Positions 50,913-59,900 of a stretch of DNA of 64,000 nt are shown in pieces. A model generated the notes under the pieces. The model was not told where the DNA came from. It saw only the letters and a list, made by a program, of their open reading frames with translations, and did no database searches. Origin of the DNA: Diplonema japonicum (lineage: Eukaryota > Protista > Euglenozoa: Diplonemea); the NCBI GenBank assembly GCA_964019335.1, contig OZ025705.1, positions 450,407 through 514,406 of the forward strand, written 5' to 3'. Every line of letters begins with the position of its first letter. Within the stretch, counting starts at the first letter, position 1. Made by a program: the position numbers and the translations under genes.

Positions 50913-51235
50913 CAGTGATGGGTGAATCCGGTCCGGTCCGGTGTACCCAATTTACCAGACTGACCGGACTGACCGGATCGGCTGGACTGACCGGACTCGA
51001 AAATTTTTGCAATTTTTGACACACCTGCAAACACTTTTTTTTCAAATATTTTTGGACAATGATTTTTTTTTTCCTTTTTTTTTTTTTTTTTCTTCTTCTT
51101 CTTCTTCTTTGTACCACAGACATGCACAGCTCCATCAAGCCATTTGCACCTATCTACTCCAGTGCACTGCAGCTGCAGGTATGTACAAATGTCTGGTATG
51201 TACATATGTCCGGAAATGTTGTATTTGGATGTAAC
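50913..51235 (+). mobile_element. DNA-transposon end: CAGTGATGGGTGAATCC terminus, GACCG-type 5-mer subterminal repeats and shared internal sequence
   Basis: Same 17-bp terminus as 52183 and, inverted, 53018. About 50990-51235 recurs at about 53835-54062 and in part at 48152-48203. Confidence 0.65.
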
Positions 51236-51360
51236 CCAGCTGTGGTGATCGACGTGGAACGCAGAAGAAGCTACAACCCGGCCGTGGTGAGAGATATATG
51301 AGTTAAAGGACCTGCACAAGACTACTTGATTACAGGGGGTACACCACAGCTTCTTCTGCA

Positions 51361-52454
51361 TTCCGTGTCGTGTCCTTAATGTGTGCAGTGTTCAGCTCAA
51401 CCCCAGCTGGGGCGTCCTGGGTAACCAGATTCTGCTCATGCAGGGGTGGGTCATTCCAGTCACTGAAAAGTCGGAGCTTGGTGGAACGGTGGAACCAGTG
51501 AACCGGAACTTGGTGGAACAGGGAATTCCTTACCTTTTTTTTTTTTTTTTTTTTTTTTTCCTCTTTGCATCATCAAGGTCGAAAGTGGTGACTATATCAC
51601 CACAACACTGACAGCACAATATTCCGTGTCATGTCCTTAATGTGTGCAGTGTGCAGCTCAACACCAGAGCATCTGCAATATGTTCCTCCACTTGGGTGCT
51701 ACCAGTGATGACCAACGTGGAGGTCAACAGTGAACAACACATCTGATGTACTTCTTATATTTCCATATTTCTGTAATCCCCACCACTAAATAACATGAAA
51801 GAGGTAAAGGAGACCAGTGACAGGGGGTGCACCTCGCATCGTGTCCTTAATGCATGCAGTGTGCAGCTCAACCCCAGCTGGTGCCCTAAGTAGTTTACTC
51901 ACCCTGAGCATCTGCGATTTGTTCTTCCACTCAGGGTGCTACAGGTGATGACTGGCCAAGTGGATGGAGGAAAATGCCTGTTCGTCATGTTGGTGGCACC
52001 TGCACAAGAACTGTTAACTTGATACAGGGGGGGGGCACTGCAGCCAAGTTGTAGCTTCTTTTGTGTTCTGCATTGTGTCCTTAATGTGTGCAGTGTGCAG
52101 CTTAACCCCAGCCAGAGCAACACAACCCAGGGTAACCAACATTCTGTGCTCATGCAGTTTGCTGCCAATTCATCACCCTGAGCAGTGATGGGTGAATCCT
52201 AATTAGGACTAGACCAGACTGGACCAGACCAGACCAGACCAGACCGGACCAGACCAGACCAGACCAGACCAGACCAGACCAGACCAGACTGGACTGGACT
52301 GGACTGAACCAGACTGGACAAGATACAACCACAACACCACATCCCCCCTTTTTTTTTGCTGTGGAATTCAAATGTATAAACAGATGTCTACAAGAAAAGA
52401 TGTTACACAGGTACTGAGAGATGACAACAACAACAAAAACAATGAGAAACAAAG

Positions 52455-52485
<31 letters not shown>

Positions 52486-52620
52486 ACATTTAAGGGTACC
52501 TGTGGTATGTGGCAGGACGCCTGAAGAGTCTCAATCTATCTCTTGATCAAACCTTTCTGCTGTGGTGTGGCCTTCCATGTTGTGTCCTTAATGTGTGTGG
52601 TGTTCAGCTCAACCCTAGCC
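51361..52620. repeat. Five dispersed copies of a ~40-bp core tgtccttaatgtgtgcagtgtgcagctcaaccccagc
   Basis: Copies near 51370, 51631, 51841, 52075 and 52582. Confidence 0.8.
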
Positions 52621-53018
52621 AGGGTGCCCCAGGTAACCAAGATTCTGCACTCATGCGGTTTGCTTGGTGATGACTGATGAGGAGGTCAACAGTGAACACA
52701 TCTGATGTTTTTCTTATATTTTCATGTTATCCCCACCACCTGAAAAAGAAGATATTCGTTTTTTTTTTTTTTTCTTTGTTTCTCATTGTTGTTGTTGTTG
52801 TCATCTCTCAGTACCTGTGTAACATCTTTTCTTGTAGACATCTGTTTATACATTTGAACTCTGCAGCAAAAAAAAGGGGGGGATGTGGTGTTGTGGTTGT
52901 ATCTTGTATGGTCTGGTTCAGTCTGGTCCAGTCTGGTCAGTCTGGCATAATTGGGTCGAAATTCATGCCGGATCTGGTCCAGTCTGGTCTAGTCCTAATT
53001 AGGATTCACCCATCACTG
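52183..53018. mobile_element. Foldback/MITE-like element with ~270-bp inverted arms and CAGTG termini
   Basis: cagtgatgggtgaatcctaattaggactagaccagactggaccaga at 52183 is perfectly inverted, ending at 53018. Inner arms ~52300-52460 and ~52760-52925 are also inverted. No target-site duplication seen. Confidence 0.8.
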
Positions 53019-53280
53019 GACTCAGGGGACTCCAAGGGACAGGACAGGAGTCCCCTGAAATTTTCAGGGGTCTGGAGGGGACTCAGGGGACTGGAGGGAC
53101 TCAAGGGACTCAGGGGACTCTTGGGACCAAAAAATTTCATTGTGTTTTTTGTGTCACAAAGGCCCAAATTTAGGCTGGGGCTTGCATTTTTTTGGCACTT
53201 TTGGTTTCAAAGGCTCAAAAAAAGAGGTCCTAGGTTTGGGTGGGATGTGAGGCAAGGCTCATACTACCTTGTTGTGACTA

Positions 53281-53315
<35 letters not shown>

Positions 53316-53834
53316 TCAGGGGGTTTGGAGACCTGCTTTGAAAAAAATATTAAAAAGAGGCCTTTGCAAGAAAAGTACAAAGCAAAAAAAAAAAAAAAAA
53401 AAAAAAAAGTAAAAAAAAGGGATGGGCAGTGCTTTACACAGGTTGTATAAACATACCCTCCTCTTGTACATATTATTTATTATTTCCCCCCTTTTCTATT
53501 ACATCCAAATACAACATTTGATGTGGAAAGTAGAAACAACAGCTTGGCTTAGGTGTGTGATAAAATGTGAGAAGACAAGAAAAAAAAGAAGGAAAAAAAA
53601 GGTAAACACATCATGTATGTCAAAAAAAAATCAAGGATTTTTTTCTCTTTTTTTTTTCCCCATTTTTTTTTTCCAAAGGGAAAAAAAAAAAAAAAGTTGC
53701 AAAACTATCAAAAATAATGACAGTGTTGGGGAGAGTCCCATGAGTCCTGTGAGTCCTGTCAAGTCCCATCCTGTGGAGTCCCATGAGTCCCATCCAGGCC
53801 TGTATTCCGTTTTAGGGGATGGGATGGGACTGAC

Positions 53835-54062
53835 CAACACTGACTGGACTCAAAAATTTTCTGCAATTTTTGACACACCTGCAAACACTTTTTTTTCAAA
53901 TATTTTTGGACAATGATTTTTTTTTTTTGCTTTTTTTTTTTTCTTTTTCTTCTTCATACCACAGACATGCACAGCTCCATCAAGCCATTTGCACCTATCT
54001 ACTCTGGTGCACTGCAGCTGCAGGTATGTACATATGTCTGGAAATGTTGTATTTGGATGTAA
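53835..54062 (+). repeat. Second copy of the transposon subterminal/internal segment at ~50990-51235
   Basis: Shares gcaatttttgacacacctgcaaacac...gcagctgcaggtatgtacatatgtc...tttggatgtaa. Confidence 0.8.
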
Positions 54063-54066
54063 TATT

Positions 54067-54445
54067 GGGGCTCTGGTCTACAAGCAGGGTGAGAGCTGCC
54101 ACGACCCAAGGTGCAGGACTGAGGGGATGGATGTATGGGGTGACCATGCCCAGGGATGTGGCAATGCCAGGATTGCAAGGCATGACTGGGTGAAGGAGAC
54201 CATCCACAGACACTGTCAGTGGGCTGGGGTGAGTGCAATGATGGAGAAGATGGGGCTGATCCTGGGGTTGTCCCAGTGCCCAGCAGATGTGTTCTTCCCA
54301 GGTGGGGTGGGGGGTTCCCACCCAATGGCTATGGATGTGGTCATTGTGCACCCAAGGAACAAGTCTTGTGTCAACCAGGTGGTGAAGACTGTGGGGTATG
54401 CAGTGGCAAAGGTGGAACACTACAAGTGCCAGAAGTATGAGGCAG
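54067..54445 (+). mobile_element. Decayed fragment of the zinc-knuckle/endonuclease region of the retrotransposon at 56745-64000
   Basis: Gap-free alignment to 62752-63130 at a constant offset of 8685. Confidence 0.95.
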
Positions 54446-55800
54446 CCAGAGTGGAGGCAGCCAGTTGGGGCCTGACACACCTAGGGGTGGGATCCAGATG
54501 CCAGAGGGAGATCAGCTGATGGGAGTTGGGGCACCAGAAAGGGAACAGTGGGTGGAAGTAGGGGGAGACTTTGTTCAGCTTGACCTGATTGATGTGGTGA
54601 TGGGCATCCCAATTCCGAGAGCAATGGTGCCACTGAGGGTGAGGCTGGGGGACCGACTGCTCAAGTTCATCATCCAGTTTGAGGGCTGGGTGGGGATCAT
54701 CCTTGAAGAAGGAACAGACCCTGGAAGGGAGAGGACTGAGGAGATGCTTCTTGTGAAGGCTGAGTTGCTGGGTGTTCCACTGGGTTGGATGGAGAGTGCC
54801 ACAGCCACATTGTGGGTTGTGAGGTGCAGAAGTTGGAAACATACCATGAGTTTGAGTTCCTGAGGATGGTCCAGGATTTCCAGATCACATACGTGTGTGG
54901 GTGTTCGGCAGTGCAACCTGTTTGTTTCAAGGGTGGCGTGCTCAAGGGGACTCTGGAAATGGCATGGAGGGTGGTCAAGTTGCAGACCCAGGGGTGCAGA
55001 CACTGGGGAAGGAAGGGGTAGTGGGCATTGTGGTGGGAGCCAGCACTACCAAGGTGACACTACATGAGTTCTTGGAGAGGTGCAACACAAGGATAAGGGC
55101 CCCAGTGGGAAAGGTCAAGGACCTGATCAAAGTGAAGGCGTGGGTGAGGGATGGAAGGAAGGTCACCCTTGACATCTATGAGGGGAGGGGGCCCTGTGAG
55201 AAGGAGACAAGGTGCACTGTCCAAGACCATCTGTGGAAGATGGGTGTTGAAGAGGTTGACCTGCAGTCAGTGGTGGTGATGGTCCTGGGGTTGTTTGAGG
55301 ATGTCTCCTTTGAGAGGTACCTTGGGCTGTTGGCCTGGAAGAAGGAGGAAGACAGGGAGAGGTGGCCTGAGGTGGTTGCCACAGACCTCCCCACCCTGGA
55401 AGAGCTGAAGTGGAGCAAGAAGGACAAGAAGTGGGCCCAGGCCTGATGGGCCAGTACTGACTTGGATTGTGTGGAAGGTGGCTAGGTATGGGGGTGGATG
55501 GCACCGTGGTCAAAGCCAACATATGCAGGGGTGAGCTCAAGGGGATGACTGGGCCCCAGTTCAAGTTCTTGGCAGAGCACAGGTTGATGGAAGAGCTGGG
55601 GAGTGACAACCTGGTGTGGGACATGGTCAAGGTGCACAACAAGGAGAACTGGGCCCTGGTGAACAGTGCAGTGGCTTGGCTGCAGCTCGAGTCAGGGAGG
55701 GCACAGGTGGGGCCCATACCCCACAAGAAGAGGTCCAAAGGCTTGCTGGCCAGTGGGGGTGTGGGGGGCTGGTCCCCCCCCCCCTGCCATAGGAAGATGT
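54446..55800 (+). other. GC-rich, strongly CpG-depleted relic with coding-like texture, probably from another mobile element
   Basis: Purine-rich plus strand with broken frames (e.g. 54895-55446); fewer than about 10 CpGs seen in ~1.35 kb; no motif recognised. Confidence 0.4.
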
Positions 55801-56432
55801 GAAACTTTTTTTTTTTTTTTTTTCCAAGAAAAAAAAGGGAAAAATAAAAGAATAGGGAACAGGTGCTACAACAGCCAGGCCAGATAGAACCACTTAGATT
55901 TTTTTTTTTTTTCCTTTTTTTTTTTTTTTATTTTTCTGTTTTTCTTTTTCTTTTTGAAGTGGAACCATCTCAGTCAATGTTTTTTTTTTTTTTTTCTTCT
56001 TTTTTCTTTTGTGGTGATGTGTTTTTCCTGTTTTTGATTTTCTTCTTCCCCCACTCTATGCTTTTTCACATGGACATTGGTCACTCTGCCCCTTTCCCCT
56101 TTGTTGATTCTCCCTCTTTCCCCCTCCTAAATTTTACCCCCTGCCCCACTCATTCCTCCCTAGTATGTTTTTGAATTTGCCTCTTCTTCTTTTAAGCCTT
56201 TTTTGAGATTTTTATTTTTGAATTTTTATCATTTGGAGTTGCTTCTTCATCTTCCCCTCTCCCTCCCATAAAGAAAAAGAGAAACCCATGCCTTCCTCCC
56301 AGGTTGGAACTTGATTGTCTGTTTTGGAATATTTTTATTTTCTCTTAAGGTTTATCGTGCCTTGTGTGTGTCTTTTGAAGAAAAAAAAAAAACATTCTCA
56401 AGTCCCCCTTTTTATTTATTTTCTCAAGTCCC

Positions 56433-56464
<32 letters not shown>

Positions 56465-56490
56465 TTCTCAAGTCCCTCTTTTTATTTATT

Positions 56491-56544
56491 ACCAACGATT
56501 CTAAAGCTACAGTTTCTGTACTTTATTGTTTCTGTACTTTATTG
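56491..56544 (+). other. Spliced-leader exon copy (38 of 39 nt, 56491-56528) followed by a 16-nt truncated SL (56529-56544)
   Basis: accaacgattctaaagctacagtttctgtactttattg + tttctgtactttattg. The 3' half matches the conserved euglenozoan SL (CAGTTTCTGTACT.TATTG). Confidence 0.9.
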
Positions 56545-56744
56545 GTTGTTCATGTTCTGCTGGTGCCTGCCACCTCTGCCTGGGTTTGCCACTGTGTCCA
56601 TCGTCCATCGTCACCATTTTCTTGGGGGGTTGTTTTGCCTGTCAGCCTGCCAAACCCGCAAACCTGCAAACCTGCAAACCCGCAAACCCGCAAACCCACA
56701 AACCTGCAAACCTGCAAACCCGCAAACCTGCCTGCAAACCCACA
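56491..56744 (+). mobile_element. Short non-autonomous derivative: SL, truncated SL, ~107-bp element head and a degenerate (GCAAACCC)n tract
   Basis: 56545-56651 aligns with 56784-56890 and then passes directly into the same 8-mer repeat found at 63787. Confidence 0.7.
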
Positions 56745-56783
56745 AACCAACGATTCTAAAGCTACAGTTTCTGTACTTTATTG
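56745..56783 (+). other. Full 39-nt diplonemid-type spliced-leader exon at the 5' end of the retrotransposon
   Basis: AACCAACGATTCTAAAGCTACAGTTTCTGTACTTTATTG is exactly 39 nt and about 2 nt different from the Diplonema papillatum SL as I recall it. Confidence 0.92.
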
Positions 56784-56955
56784 GTCGTTCGTGTTCTGCT
56801 GGTGCCTGCCACCTCTGCCTGGGTTTGCTGCTGTGTCTGTTGTCTGTTGTTGCCATCGTCTGGGGGGGTTGTTTTGCCTGTCAGCCTGCCCGCTGCTTAC
56901 CGAAAGGATCCCCTCCCCCAACACACACTTTAAAAAAAAATAAAAAAAATAAAAA

Positions 56956-59900
56956 ATGGATCCAAGATGGAACGCAAGAGGAGGTGACCATGCAAACCGC
57001 AGGGAGAAGGAACCCCAACAGGCCGCCAGGCTGCACACGATGCCAGGGCCAACCCAACCAGACTATCTGGTTGGGCAGTATGAATCCCCACCCCCACCCC
57101 CTAGATCCCCCCACCCCCCTTTAGAAAAAAAAAATAAAATAAAAAAATCACTAGCAGAGACCGCGGTTTTGACCGCTGCTGCTACAGTTGCAACCACGAT
57201 CCCTGCAGCCGACCCTGCTATTGTTGAAGAGGGAAGAAAAGAGGGAGAAAAAAAGGGGTGGGTACTGGTGTATGGTGAACACCCTCCTGGGTTGAGGACG
57301 GGCCCGGCCCCTGCCTTCCTGAAAGCCCTGCTTTCAGGAAAGTGGGAGGCCCTGTCTGGGAACTCAGGGAGGGAGACCCTCCAATATGGGTACCGGTGGG
57401 AGGGGATGAACGCCAAGGTGTGCCCCACCATGGGGATCCCAGGGGGGGTGGAGGGGTGGGTGAGGGAGGTGGCTGCTGCTGCAGGGCTTGAGGTGGTCCC
57501 CAACCAGGTACTTGTCAACAAGTACAAGTCTGGTTGTGGGATTGCCGCCCACAAGGACGACGTGAGGCTGGGACCGATTGTCCTAGTCCTCTCGTATGGA
57601 GCTGAGACCACAATGGTCATGAGGAGGGGGGACAGGGTGGTGAAATACCTGGTGCCCCCCTTCTCATGGGCATTGTTGGAAGGTGAAGCGAGACACCAGT
57701 GGACGCACCACATCCCGTCTGGGATGTCCACTGGTGTCAGGGTGTCGATCACCCTGCGTGCGGTAGGCCCCAAGCTCACCTGCACACCCCAGGAAGACCC
57801 ATCCCCTGGGTTAACAGACGAACCCCCTTTTTTAGATCCCCTTTTTTGTGGGCAAGGGGGGGTGGCACTCCCAAGAGAGGATAGTGCCCCACCTGCCCCC
57901 CTTTTTTTTTTAGAACCCTCTTCGGAGGAAAACAGACCCTCTTCGGAGGAAAATAGAGAGAAAGGGGAAGAGGTGGCACTCCTGAGAGAGGGTGGTGCTC
58001 CTCCCCCCCATTTGTCCCCCCCTTTTTCATTTTTAGAGCCCTCTCCAGAGGAACCCTCCACGGAGGTAAAAAACAGACCCTCTTCGGAGGAAAACAGAGA
58101 GAGAGGGGAAGAGGTGGCACTCCTGAGAGAGGGTAGTGTTCCTCCCCCCCATTCGTCCCCCCCTTTTTCTTTTATAGAGCCCTCTCCAGAGGGACCCTCC
58201 ATGGAGGTGAAAAACAGACCCTCTTTGGAGGAAAAAAAGGCAGAGGGAGAGACAGCACGCCTGAGAGAAGGTAGTGCCCCTCCCTCTCTGCCCCCCATTT
58301 TTTCTGGACCCTCTATGGAGGTGTACACCCTGGTCCCCAAGGGCCGGGGGCTTTTTTTGAGGGTGGAAGGGAAAGAAAAAAAAAAAACAAACAAGGAGGA
58401 ACCTTTTTTCTTTTCAAACAACCAGGGGGACCCAGCACCCACCCCCACCGCCCGCCAAGGTGTGGTTGGGGTGGAGGCTGCGAGCGACGTGAGAGCACCA
58501 CTGCACACCCTTGTGAGAAGACAGAAAAGAGCCCCCTGGATTGCCATGGGTGGCAGGGAACCTAAGCCAGCGCCCAAGCGGAAGAAGAACAGGAGGAGGC
58601 ACAGGAGCGAAGCGGCCCTTCAGAGGCGTCGGGAGAAGAGGACCAAGGCGAGGGAGGGGGCGAGGGAGGCTGCCAGACAGGAGAAGAAAAGGCACCGTCG
58701 TGCGAGGAAAGAAGGGAGGAGGAGGGCCTGCAGAGAGGAACACGAGGCCGCCCTGGAACAGAAGCCAGATGACCCTGCAATGGGGCTGAAGCGGACCGAG
58801 GTGGGAACGCCTGGAGCCCAACCCCTGGCACCCAGAATCCCGGCACCTGGGGCTGCAACCGGCACAAGGAGGCACCGCAGACGGACGGGACACAGCAAGG
58901 AAGGGGTGAGATGGGAGCACCTGGGGGCGTGGGCCTGGGTCGCCCTGTTCTCCCTCTTGCTGATCCCAGGGGTGAGGCAGGTGCTGGGGGTGGGCATCGG
59001 GATGGCCCCCTCCTTCCTGCATGCGGCAGTGTTGTGGAAGAGGCCGGGGAGCGACAGGAGGACCACCCGCAGGTCAAGGGTACAGGTGGGGCCCCGAGGG
59101 GATGAATGGTCCGCCGGGGAGCTCGCTTGGCTAGCGGTAGGGGGCACTCTGGTGGGAAGCACTTCAGTTTGGATAGGGGGGCTGATGTCGCTCTGGGCCA
59201 TGGTGGAAGTGATGGTGGGGAAAGCTGGTGCTGGCCCGACCCAGAGATTCGGACCGGTAAAGCTGAAGAAGACAAGACGCGGATCGAGAGGTCACTACCG
59301 GCCGGTGTACTTGGGCCCGCCTAGAAGCTCAAGACGCAGAAAAAAGAAGGAGGACGCCAAGCAAGCGGCGAAGGAACGAGCTGAGACGGAGGATAAGCTC
59401 TTTCAGGCCGAACACCTGGACCCCTTTGCGGACTTGACGCTGGCAGGGGACGCGTTGCAAGGAGGTGGTGACCCTCCCCCCATGGATTTGGATGATGAGC
59501 ACATGGAGGCGCAGAAGGAGGGGGAAAAAGAAGGATCAGACAAACATCAATGCCGGATGGAAGACTGCTCTTTCCGCACCAGTGTGGCAAGCTGTCTAGT
59601 TAAACACCTCAATGCGGTCCACCATCATTTTGTGAAACAAGAGCAGGCGAGGAGCATGAAGGTGAACCTCTGTGGAACGTGTGCTGCGGCGTGCTCGTCG
59701 AACCAGACGCACTGTGCACTACACAGGCAGCGGAATCTGTGGAACCCCGACAAACAACCCAGGGCCGGCAAGTCAGTGGACGAGATCATGAAGAGCTTCA
59801 AGCTGACGAGGAGATCGACGGAGAAGGACGGGAACTGCATGTTCCACGCCCTGGCCGGTTCGCTCGGGGAAGCCTACGGCGACCACACCCACATCAGGAG

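Noticed and set aside
51361-52620. CRISPR-like array of ~40-bp repeats
   Set aside because: Spacing of 200-500 bp, degenerate repeats, related intervening sequence, eukaryotic context and no cas genes.
52175-53026. 8-bp hAT target-site duplication around the foldback element
   Set aside because: The flanks accctgag and gactcagg are not direct repeats.
56745-56900. Functional SL RNA gene
   Set aside because: No recognisable Sm site, T-tract terminator or tandem SL/5S array, and the sequence leads into the retroelement ORF. Kept only as an alternative hypothesis.
56784-56955. Self-cleaving ribozyme (HDV-like or hammerhead) in the element's 5' UTR
   Set aside because: Could not build the required pairings or conserved core by eye; needs an Infernal/RNAmotif search, ideally on the CpG-restored sequence.
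59425-59475. FADLTLAGD resembles the start of a 2A ribosomal-skip peptide (FDLLKLAGDVESNPGP), as used by L1Tc
   Set aside because: The required D(V/I)ExNPGP core is absent; the sequence continues ALQGGGDP.
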